Shown here: piece after piece, positions 26,401-34,087 of the stretch | Layout of the letters: every line of letters begins with the position of its first letter | Numbering within the stretch: position 1 is the stretch's first letter | Source: Candidatus Zhuqueibacterota bacterium | GTDB taxonomy: Bacteria > SM23-31 > JBHPGK01 | Reading direction: 5' to 3' | Assembly: GCA_042570605.1 (NCBI GenBank) | Contig: JBHPGK010000002.1 | Span: 1 to 58,780 of the forward strand | DNA: 58,780 bases | The notes under the pieces: model-generated | Told to the model about the DNA's origin: nothing | The model's database searches: none | What the model saw: the letters and a program-made list of their open reading frames with translations, nothing else | Made by a program: the position numbers and the translations under genes

Positions 26401-28608
26401 ATAGTCGGTGGCAGAACCAACGGCACAAGATATACCACAGTTGAAGCTTATATGCCGGAAACAGACAGTTGGAAAACCGTTCCTTCAATGGCTAATGTAA
26501 GAAGAGAACTCGCTGTAGCGACAGCCAACGGGAAATTATATGCGATCGGCGGCCGTGAAGGAGGTCCGCAGTACAGGGATCATGTTGAAGAATTCAATCC
26601 TGCTGACAGCTCATGGACAACAAAAACAGCTATGACCACAGCAAGGTATGGTCTTGCTGCGGCAGTCGTTAATAATAAAATATACCTTATAGGCGGATCT
26701 AATGCTGCAATTTTAAATACAGTTGAAGAATATGATCCAATCCTCGATCAATGGACGGCAAAAACAGCAATGCCCACTGCAAGAAGATTTCTGACTGCAA
26801 CAACTATTTCCGGAAAAATATATGCTATCGGTGGAGAAAGTGCAGCAGGCAATGTGGATATCGTTGAAATCTATAATCCTGATACCGATTCCTGGACTAC
26901 CGGTGATTCAATGCTGACAGTGAGATACAAACACAGCGCTGCGGCTGTCAATGACGTAAAAATTTATGCTATAGGTGGTACTATTGATGGTGTCAGCTCA
27001 TTTGCTGTTAACGAGGAATATAATCCTCCACCGTGGCAGCCACAGGATCTAACTGCGAACTTTGTCACCCAGCAGATCGAACTTACCTGGACTGCAAATA
27101 TCGAACCTGACCTTAGCTATTACATTGTATACAGAAGCCAGTCATTTGGATTTACACCGGCAGTTGACGATATAATCGGCGAAGCTGCAAGGGATGAAAC
27201 TTCTTTTACAGATACCAATTTTGTGCCGGATACGTCTTATTATTATGTGCTGGCAGCCGTTGACAGCGCCGGACATGAAAGTGTTCTCAGCTCACAGGCA
27301 AGTGTTACTACACCAAGTATTTCTTTTCAACTGGGCATCCCGGATACTCTTCTTACAAATGGTGATACGCTGTCAATGCCTCTGACGTTTTACGGGAATT
27401 TGGACAGCGCAGAAATCTACAGCTTTCAATTTAAAATTTCATACGATTCAAATATATTAAACGGCCTGGAAGTCGACACAAGCGGTTTTGGGAACCCGAT
27501 AACCTATTACACGAATGTCGTTCCGGGCTCATTAAAAGTGGCGGCATACTCTACTGAAAATTTAACAGGAACAAACCGGAGTATGACTCTCACTTTTGAG
27601 GTTGATGACGATGCAGCGAGAGATACAACATATTTAAGGTTTTCCGAGGCATATTTTAATGAAGGTAATCCTGCGGCTGATACATCATCTGCCCGGATAA
27701 GGATAAAACCGAGGTACGGAGACGTTACGGGTGACAGAACTATCTCAGCTTATGATGCATCTTACGTTCTGCAGTATGTTGTCGGACTGCAAAACTTCTC
27801 TCAGGGACAGCTCGAAAAGGGTGATGTTACATATAACGGAGTGGTATCATCTTTTGATGCATATTATATACTGCTAAGGGTGATCGGTTCCATTTCAACT
27901 TTCCCGGTGGAAGACACGCTATTTTCAAAGATATCTTTAGTTCAGAATCCCGATATCGCTTTAAATATTTCAAAAGAAATAAATGAAAGCGAATTAACGG
28001 TTAAAATATCCGCAAATAACGTTAAGAATATTTCCTCTCTATACCTGAACATGGGCTTTAACACATCGGCTCTTGATTATAAGTACAGCGAGTTAGAAGA
28101 AAAATATGCAGACTTCATACATGCTGAAAATTCCGAGAACGGAAATTTCAGGCTGGCTATGGCAGGAGGCAGTCCAATAAAGAGGGATGGAGAAATACTA
28201 ACTTTACGGTTCAATATAAAAGATGAAGAAAGTATAACGGATGAAAATATCCTTATATTGAACATCCTGGAAATTAATGATGCCGTAATTGGTAAAAAAT
28301 CGATCAAAGATGAGACGATCGGATTGCCCAAAACTTATGATTTAAGCCAGAATTACCCTAACCCATTTAACCCGGAAACCAGTATTAAATACCAGCTTCC
28401 GAAAGCATCAAAAGTAATGTTAAAAATATTTAATATCCTGGGACAGGAAGTTAAAACGCTTCTGAATGAGACTAAAAAAGCCGGGTATTATAATATCAAA
28501 TGGGACGGAAGAAACAACCTTGGTTTGAAAGCGGCAAGCGGAATATACATATACAGAATTTCTGCAGGAGAATTTATTAAAACAAGAAAGATGGTTCTGC
28601 TGAAATAA
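23473..28608 (+). CDS. Giant secreted surface protein: Kelch propeller, 6 tandem FN3, second Kelch propeller, FN3, cohesin-like, dockerin, cohesin-like, T9SS C-terminal sorting domain
   Basis: Signal peptide. Two sets of six (I/L)Y(A/V/I)(I/V)GG Kelch blades. Repeated PQNL...W...Y.IYRS...Y.Y.V.A.D FN3 modules. GDVTGDRTISAYDASYVL plus GDVTYNGVVSSFDAYYIL are dockerin Ca-binding repeats. The C-terminal NYPNPFNPETSIKYQLP...IYRISAG...KMVLLK is a Por/T9SS tail. An AGGAG RBS is present. Confidence 0.85.
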   Translation: MLSIHKRICVLFGIFVFFSPSLIFAQKWTTKTSMPTARRDLTVSAAGDKIYAIGGLTPSYQYSTANEEYDPSLNSWTSKASIPVSYYYLKSDTVGGKIYVVGREIPISVYEYNPSTNTWTAKSGTTSDRSEYSLASANGKLYIFGGYDNNQTLDTVEEYDPVLETWTTKTSMPTPRSGAAAVAYNGKIYLVGGERTVGFISVFVDSVHVYDPDTDSWEAKGPIPTSRRNLQAQVVDGKLYAIGGYSESYESTVEEFDLVSETWAVSDTMLTARESFGTSIVNNKIYSVGGIGGASSSILSTNEEFNPANPHVPLGLTAVADDGEVNLIWNSNTDTDILQYNIYRSTTNGFSPVPGDSIGRSFHPDTTYTDNSVNNATTYYYRVASIDSNFNMSDYSNQVSATPRDTILPDAPANLAAQPDYEIVTLTWDANSEQDLDYYQIYRSLIPGFTPSVSDSAAIVLKPATSYIDSFLTNYQTYYYVISAFDSSGNESSFSSEVNATPFDSIAPAIPQNLTATGQHHQDSLHWNFVSDADLYYYKIYRSQTGGFTPSSSDSIGIILKPDSTYIDTVVIPGQTYYYIVSAVDSNFNESGFSNEASAVPIDTLAPGIPQNLAVTSGDRFLDLSWDSNAESDMFYYTIYKSRTNGFTPSSSDSIAAIVFPDSTYRDSTVLVDSTYYYVIAAVDSYFNQSDFSAQASGVPYDSTGPAAPQNLTATGGQDHIALVWDPNTENDLLKYIIYRNTSSGFNPSSSDSVTVVFYPDTTYNDSSVINYTTYYYKIAAVDSFNNIGTFSNEASASSFDTLAPAAPQNLAASSGNKQVDLIWDQNTEPDMLYYVVYRSLNNGFTPTSGDSIGVVTFTDTTYTDNSVFNDITYYYKVAAADSSYNYSDFSNQASATPAPVTDYTWQTKSPMNNARSGPISGTINGKIYTVGGWTGAARTPVVEEYDHETNTWAAKTSMISDREDFGGDVLDGHLYIVGGRTNGTRYTTVEAYMPETDSWKTVPSMANVRRELAVATANGKLYAIGGREGGPQYRDHVEEFNPADSSWTTKTAMTTARYGLAAAVVNNKIYLIGGSNAAILNTVEEYDPILDQWTAKTAMPTARRFLTATTISGKIYAIGGESAAGNVDIVEIYNPDTDSWTTGDSMLTVRYKHSAAAVNDVKIYAIGGTIDGVSSFAVNEEYNPPPWQPQDLTANFVTQQIELTWTANIEPDLSYYIVYRSQSFGFTPAVDDIIGEAARDETSFTDTNFVPDTSYYYVLAAVDSAGHESVLSSQASVTTPSISFQLGIPDTLLTNGDTLSMPLTFYGNLDSAEIYSFQFKISYDSNILNGLEVDTSGFGNPITYYTNVVPGSLKVAAYSTENLTGTNRSMTLTFEVDDDAARDTTYLRFSEAYFNEGNPAADTSSARIRIKPRYGDVTGDRTISAYDASYVLQYVVGLQNFSQGQLEKGDVTYNGVVSSFDAYYILLRVIGSISTFPVEDTLFSKISLVQNPDIALNISKEINESELTVKISANNVKNISSLYLNMGFNTSALDYKYSELEEKYADFIHAENSENGNFRLAMAGGSPIKRDGEILTLRFNIKDEESITDENILILNILEINDAVIGKKSIKDETIGLPKTYDLSQNYPNPFNPETSIKYQLPKASKVMLKIFNILGQEVKTLLNETKKAGYYNIKWDGRNNLGLKAASGIYIYRISAGEFIKTRKMVLLK
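24400..26170 (+). repeat. Six tandem coding repeats of about 295 bp (FN3 modules) inside the giant protein gene
   Basis: Protein-level periodicity of about 98 aa, with recurring blocks (AP..PQNL, W(D/N).N.E.D, YY.IYRS, GF(T/S)PS.SDS, TYYY.(I/V).A(V/F)D) repeated six times. Confidence 0.8.
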
Positions 28609-28632
28609 GATTCAATCTGAATATTTACATAT

Positions 28633-28666
28633 AAAAAAGCCGGTGAATTTTAACCGGCTTTTTTTA
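28633..28666 (+). terminator. Bidirectional Rho-independent terminator between convergent genes
   Basis: aaaaaa-GCCGGT-gaatttta-ACCGGC-tttttttt: a 6-bp GC-rich stem flanked by an A-run and a T-run, 25 nt after the giant-protein stop. Confidence 0.8.
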
Positions 28667-28711
28667 TTCTTTAACTGACACTACTGATTTCAAATATGTA
28701 AAAATTCTTTG

Positions 28712-29767
28712 TTAAAATTTACCAACAGATACCATGGGTTCGCCTGTACTCATGGGCGGAGTCCCGATTATATATAATACAATCCCGGTATGCGGAGCAT
28801 GAACTTTTTGAATGATATTTCCAAAAAAATCCGTTAAGTACCCGGCAAGTTCACCTTTCTGAACATGATCGCCTCTTGAAACAAGAGGATAAAATAAGCC
28901 GTCATGTTCGGATCTTATTATTTGATACTCCTGAACCCAGACAGGTTCAAATAACAGTTCCGGTTCGCCTTTTATCATCTTGAGGTGTTTTAGAATATTA
29001 AAACAACCCGTGACTACGCGAATAATGTCATCCTCATCTGATCTGCCGAGTTTACCTGCCTCAGTAGAAATTGCAGGTTTACCTCTTAAGATCGCAGTAT
29101 TGCTCAAATACAGGGACTGGTTTACCTCTTTTGTCCTTCCCGTCTCACGGACAATAACTTTTAATCCAAAACTCGTGGCAAGTCCCTTTATTTTTTTATC
29201 CAATTCCGAATCCCCTGTTTCAGCAGTACAGTACAGGTAAGGCATAAGGTCTTCATTGCCGTCTCCGCAGTGATTATCAATAAGAGCATCGCACTTATCT
29301 ACAACTTCTTTTGTTATCTGGTATGCAATCCTTTCGGATATAGTACCGTCGATCTTACCGGGAAAAACACGGTTCATATTTTTCCAGTCTTTGGGAGTAT
29401 AATAGACCGTTCTTTTTAAGAATGACGGGATATTTGCCACATGTACAAGAATGACCTTACCAGATATTTCCGCAGGATCAAGCAACTTGATAAGCCTCTG
29501 AAGTGCAAGAACGGGTGGATATTCATATCCGTGTACAGCAGCCACGAGGGCTAGTACCGGACCTGATTTTGCACCGTTAATAACGGTGATAGGTATTTGT
29601 ACTTCATCACCGTCACTGCCTGCAGGAACTATTATATATCCTGATTTTTTTTCACCTGATTTTACAGATACTTCACCTACCTTGAAAGTACCCTGTGCAA
29701 ATAATGATACTGAAAAAGTAAATATCAAAATAAACGGGATAATTCTTACCAGTTTTTTATTTAACAC
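28712..29767 (-). CDS. Secreted succinylglutamate desuccinylase/aspartoacylase (AstE/AspA, M14-like) family protein
   Basis: VHGYEYPP (HxxE zinc site) and NHCGDGNED blocks, plus a signal peptide. I prefer the GTG at 29767, which lies 8 nt after a GGAGG. Confidence 0.55.
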   Translation of the reverse strand: MLNKKLVRIIPFILIFTFSVSLFAQGTFKVGEVSVKSGEKKSGYIIVPAGSDGDEVQIPITVINGAKSGPVLALVAAVHGYEYPPVLALQRLIKLLDPAEISGKVILVHVANIPSFLKRTVYYTPKDWKNMNRVFPGKIDGTISERIAYQITKEVVDKCDALIDNHCGDGNEDLMPYLYCTAETGDSELDKKIKGLATSFGLKVIVRETGRTKEVNQSLYLSNTAILRGKPAISTEAGKLGRSDEDDIIRVVTGCFNILKHLKMIKGEPELLFEPVWVQEYQIIRSEHDGLFYPLVSRGDHVQKGELAGYLTDFFGNIIQKVHAPHTGIVLYIIGTPPMSTGEPMVSVGKF

Positions 29768-29838
29768 GATAATTTCCTCCAATTAGAAAGTAAAACATAT
29801 AAATATAACACATTATTTAAAAAACACTGCTTTAAAGT

Positions 29839-31524
29839 TTATTTAGCTTTACCTACTCTTGTTTCCCATTCAGCCCAGTCCCCTCCAAACGGTTTTAAAC
29901 CCAGATCCGTCGGGCTTGTCGGAGGCGGTACAAGAGCTTCATATACCTGCAGTGAATGTGCCTGAGCCCTTGCATAAGCAGTTGCTGCCTTTGCCAGATA
30001 AAAATTTATTTCGTTTCCGGCTGCAGCTCCCGCTTTATTTAGCGCATTGTTACCCATATAATATTCTTTATTTGCAAGTGAATATAGTTCACTCAATACA
30101 TCGTAACCCGGATCAGTAAGGTTAAGCTGCATAAATTTTTCATATGCGGTTGCAATATCACTTCTTGCAGAGGATTTTGCTCTTCTGACAACCTCTAATG
30201 GATCTTTACCCAGAATCAATTTATAAAACGTATGTGTACCGTTTATATATTGATAGTTGGTACGCATTTTCCTTCCGCCGGGTCCCATTGAAGATTGTAT
30301 TACTCTGCCGGCAGGCCCGGTACAGATATAAGCTTCTCCTCTATCCCCATTATCGGGTAAAAGCACTGAAACCCATGAGTTTGAGGGGCGGCATACCTTT
30401 GCATCCCAACCGCCGTCAGGTGGATAAGGCGGAGGATTTCCCGGAAAACGGAGCATCATTTTTACAAACTCTACATCAACCTGCCCATGATAATTATTCA
30501 GCATATCCCACAGCATTATATTTCTTGGTGCTGCATAAGCGCCGTAACCGCCGTGTTTCTTTACAAAATCCCCCCGTTTAGTCACTTTCATCTTTTTACT
30601 AAGGTAATTATTTGTAGAATATAAAAAGTCCTTTTCCCCAAAATCACCCGGCTTCCGAACGTCCTGAATTGCAGAGGTTTTTTCAACGACATAGGCATTT
30701 CCATCTACATCAACAAAATGAAAATTTTCAGCAATATCTATCTGCCATTTAACCATCATATCCCTTGCTTCGGTTGCATTGTTGGCAAATCTGGCAATAT
30801 AAGGCAGACCGCTGAACCAGGATATCCCGTAATTTGAATCAATATCCCTTGGTGAGCCGCCTCCACCGCTGTTCCCTATAAAAAGACCCTTATTGTTCAT
30901 TAAAAAATGAGACCCGATCGATCCTGCAAGAGATCCGGTCATGTAATTATTCCCTTTATCGGGAAAAGCGACAATAACAACACCAAAATAGGCTTCACCT
31001 CCGTCAAGAGTATCCATACCGATAAGTTTACCTTCTTTGGTTGTACTCCCCCAAGCGGAACAGACCGAACACTTTTTTGTCGGGAGTTCGTCATTTTCTG
31101 CTCCTTCCGGAAATGTTGAAGTCTCAGGTTTAGGTATAGTACAGTTCATCAAAACAACATCTCTATAGTTTACATTATATCCTGAAGCCTTACATCCATC
31201 CGCAATTCCCTTCATAACTTCAATATGTTCAGGTGTGTGTTTCCTGATATAATACTGATTTGCCTGAAGTGTTTTGTTAATTTCTTCACGGGTGTATCTT
31301 CGAAGTCCATCAGCCCAGGCTTCATCTTTTCTTTTTTCGATCAAAAGTCCCGCCTGCTGGCCGTATTGAAAGCCCATTTCATAATCGGAGCCGCTGACTA
31401 TTACAACCGGTAAAATATCCGGCGGTAATCCCTGCTGATCCGGTGTTTGCGCTGTTAATAAACCCGGAATTAAAAAAGCAGAAAAGAAAAATAATAAGCT
31501 AAAAAATCTGACCACTTTTTTCAT
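29839..31524 (-). CDS. Secreted C45-like (Ntn-hydrolase, acyltransferase/peptidase) family protein
   Basis: Signal peptide MKKVVRFFSLLFFFSAF...TAQ after an AGGAGG RBS (ATG at 31524). CSVCSAWGSTTKEGKLIGMDTLDG resembles the N-terminal-nucleophile Cys block of the C45/AAT family. Confidence 0.4.
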   Translation of the reverse strand: MKKVVRFFSLLFFFSAFLIPGLLTAQTPDQQGLPPDILPVVIVSGSDYEMGFQYGQQAGLLIEKRKDEAWADGLRRYTREEINKTLQANQYYIRKHTPEHIEVMKGIADGCKASGYNVNYRDVVLMNCTIPKPETSTFPEGAENDELPTKKCSVCSAWGSTTKEGKLIGMDTLDGGEAYFGVVIVAFPDKGNNYMTGSLAGSIGSHFLMNNKGLFIGNSGGGGSPRDIDSNYGISWFSGLPYIARFANNATEARDMMVKWQIDIAENFHFVDVDGNAYVVEKTSAIQDVRKPGDFGEKDFLYSTNNYLSKKMKVTKRGDFVKKHGGYGAYAAPRNIMLWDMLNNYHGQVDVEFVKMMLRFPGNPPPYPPDGGWDAKVCRPSNSWVSVLLPDNGDRGEAYICTGPAGRVIQSSMGPGGRKMRTNYQYINGTHTFYKLILGKDPLEVVRRAKSSARSDIATAYEKFMQLNLTDPGYDVLSELYSLANKEYYMGNNALNKAGAAAGNEINFYLAKAATAYARAQAHSLQVYEALVPPPTSPTDLGLKPFGGDWAEWETRVGKAK

Positions 31525-31693
31525 GGTTAAATCTCCTCCTAAACTTAATTCTGTATTATTATGATTGAATACCCTTGTCAATTTCAAATTAACATAATTT
31601 TAACTTAATTCAAGTTTTTTTTTCAAATAGGTAAGATTAAATTTAAGTAAAAGTGGATTAATTCTTAAAACGCGATAAAATCGAAAATTCAGT

Positions 31694-32968
31694 TTAGAGT
31701 TTTTTAATAACAACAACCGTAATATCATCAGATTGCGGTACATTTTTCGAGTGTTCTGATACCGATGCAAGTATTTTATCAATTATTTCACATGATGAAA
31801 GTGTCCTGTTCTTCTTTACGACCTCTTCAAGCCTATTCAGGCTGAATTCATTTTCTGATGAATCCATTGCCTCAGTAATACCATCAGAATAAAGCACGCA
31901 AATATCCCCTGAATTGAAAGCAACTGTCTCATCAGAGTATTCTATATTATCGAGGAATCCAAGTACAGGTCCGCTTGCTTTGAGCAGTTTTGTTTTTGAT
32001 TTTCCCCTGAGATAAATGGCAGGATCATGCCCCGCATTTGTATATAAGAACTTATTGTCTTTCAGGTTTAATATTCCATAGAACAAAGTGGCAAATTTAT
32101 TTGATTCGGTACTTCGGTATAATAAAGTATTTGAGCGGCAGATCGTTTCCTTCGGCATACTGCCGATTATTGCCTGACCCCTGATAGTTGCCTGGAGATT
32201 GGACATTAAAAGTGCTGCAGGCATACCTTTGCCGGAAATATCTCCAAGACAAATTGCATAATTTTCGCTGTCGATAATAATAAAATCGAAATAGTCACCT
32301 CCGACACTCATTGCAGGTATACTCCGCCCCGCTATATCGTACCCCGGTATTTCAGGAGCGGATTTCGGCAGCAGGTTTATTTGAATTTGACGTGCAAGCC
32401 TTGTTTCTTCCTGAAGTTTTAGAAAAGCCTGCTCATCTTCATAAAGCCTTGCGTTCTCAACGATCTGCGCAGATTGAGCAGCAATAATCGTCAACAATCT
32501 TAGATCGTCATCTGTGAAATTTGAATTACCTTTCTTATTAAACATGGAAAGTATTCCGGTTAATTTCGACTTCACTATTAAAGGAACACAGGCAACATTT
32601 CTGACGGTATCATCCCATTTTACCCCGGGAAAACGTTCATCGTTTTGCGGATTGGTAATATTAAGAGGTTTTTTGTTTAACTGCATCCATCCCAGGAAAC
32701 ACTGGTCAAGGCTGAATGCTCTTCCACTGCCGTGGCTGACCATGGAACGGACAAGTGTTCTCATTTCAGCTTCCTCTTCTTCCGCAACCAGACATATTGC
32801 CCCCTGCTCTGCATTAATTGCTCTGATTGACTTTCTTATGATATTCTGCATTATTTCACCGGAATTAAATGAAGCCCCGATCGCTCGTGAAAGGTCGTTC
32901 AAGAATGCAAGCTCGTCAACAGCACGTTTAAGATGTTGATTTTCCTGCTGTATTGCGTCAATATCCAT
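31694..32968 (-). CDS. GAF-domain PP2C/SpoIIE-type serine phosphatase (RsbU-like)
   Basis: An N-terminal coiled coil plus GAF, then GGDYFDF, GDISGKGMPAALLM, YTNAGHDP, LYSDGITEA and DDITVVV, the PPM/SpoIIE blocks in order. Confidence 0.85.
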   Translation of the reverse strand: MDIDAIQQENQHLKRAVDELAFLNDLSRAIGASFNSGEIMQNIIRKSIRAINAEQGAICLVAEEEEAEMRTLVRSMVSHGSGRAFSLDQCFLGWMQLNKKPLNITNPQNDERFPGVKWDDTVRNVACVPLIVKSKLTGILSMFNKKGNSNFTDDDLRLLTIIAAQSAQIVENARLYEDEQAFLKLQEETRLARQIQINLLPKSAPEIPGYDIAGRSIPAMSVGGDYFDFIIIDSENYAICLGDISGKGMPAALLMSNLQATIRGQAIIGSMPKETICRSNTLLYRSTESNKFATLFYGILNLKDNKFLYTNAGHDPAIYLRGKSKTKLLKASGPVLGFLDNIEYSDETVAFNSGDICVLYSDGITEAMDSSENEFSLNRLEEVVKKNRTLSSCEIIDKILASVSEHSKNVPQSDDITVVVIKKL

Positions 32969-32989
32969 TCTCACTCCAAATTAATAGAC

Positions 32990-33748
32990 TTATTTTAAAC
33001 TTTTTCCGGTTAATATATTGTATCCCATTATTGTAATATCTTCACTTGTGACCGCTTTATGATGCTCCTCCTTTTCAAGTGCCATTTTCCACTGAAAAAG
33101 GTGGGCAAAAGTATCTTTATGTTTTTCGATCAATTCTTCAAACAGCCCGCTTTTTTCGTAGTTTTCCGCATCTTCTCTGCTGTCCCATAATGTTACTGAA
33201 ACGACTTCGTTCTTTTCCTCTGCGCTTTTTGTCAGGTAGGCAAACCTGCATCCTTTGACCTTTTTTAAAGCAGGAATTGTTTCGGAAGAGTACTGTTTCC
33301 TGAAATCTTCCATTTTTTCAGGTTTTATTTTTAGTGAAACAACTCTCAGGTACATTATTGTCTTATTTTGGTCCGCAGGTAATTCAGGATCTGACTGTAC
33401 GACCGTTGCGAACGATTTCACCACGGGTTCCTCAGGTACCGGTGCATATTCCAGCTTCATATCTTTTGACAACTGAACCTTCCAGACGGATGATTCCGAC
33501 AAAAGAGGCAGAACTTTACCAAGAAGTTCATAGTATAAACCGACCTTTTCATATTCTTCGACATGCTCTTTTGAATCCCAGAGAGTAAAAGAGATGCCTT
33601 CATCAGGATGGCTTTCACTTATTACAAGACTCGCAAAAAGGCAGCCCTCAACATCCTTAAGACCCGGAATGATCTTATTTTCATAAACATCCCTTATTTT
33701 CGAAAGATTTTCAGGCGGATATTTTACATGAACAAATCTCATATACAT
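32990..33748 (-). CDS. Tandem ABM (antibiotic biosynthesis monooxygenase / Dabb-like) domain protein
   Basis: Two homologous halves of about 100 aa (…VEGCLFASLV…ISFTLWDSKEHVEEYEKVGLY… and …VKGCRFAYLT…VSVTLWDSREDAENYEKSGLF…). The ATG at 33748 follows a GGAGG. Confidence 0.6.
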   Translation of the reverse strand: MYMRFVHVKYPPENLSKIRDVYENKIIPGLKDVEGCLFASLVISESHPDEGISFTLWDSKEHVEEYEKVGLYYELLGKVLPLLSESSVWKVQLSKDMKLEYAPVPEEPVVKSFATVVQSDPELPADQNKTIMYLRVVSLKIKPEKMEDFRKQYSSETIPALKKVKGCRFAYLTKSAEEKNEVVSVTLWDSREDAENYEKSGLFEELIEKHKDTFAHLFQWKMALEKEEHHKAVTSEDITIMGYNILTGKSLK

Positions 33749-33917
33749 CCCTTTTTCCTCCATTTATTTATCAATAACTATTCTTAATGGTGGTTAATTA
33801 ATATATTTTGAATACTAATTAAAATAGAACTGTATGTGCAAACAGCCGTTAGCCCCTACTCATTCTATATCTGAAATCGTTTTACCGATCATAAATCTAA
33901 CCAATAAACTGTTCTTA

Positions 33918-34070
33918 GATTTCTCACTGCGTTCGAAATGACAAAAAGAGCGCTCGAAATAACATCACAGGGTTCAAAGGAAAACAAAAAACATTTTATG
34001 TCATTTCGAGTGTAACGAGAAATCTTATCATTTCGTCTGTCCTCCTTTGGGGAAATATAACGAGAAATCT
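33918..34070. repeat. Cluster of GTCATTTCGA...GAGAAATC hairpin units, a sub-family of the GTCATT repeats
   Basis: gatttctcactgcgttcgaaatgac (33918-33942, inverted orientation), gtcatttcgagtgtaacgagaaatc (34000-34024), and tcatttcg...acgagaaatc (34028-34069). Confidence 0.75.
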
Positions 34071-34087
34071 AATTTATCACATTTTTT

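Noticed and set aside
33918-33945. tRNA-like T-loop motif GTTCGAAAT
   Set aside because: No acceptor stem, D-arm or anticodon arm can be folded around it. It is the interior of a GTCATTTCGA…GAGAAATC repeat unit, which recurs at 34000-34024.
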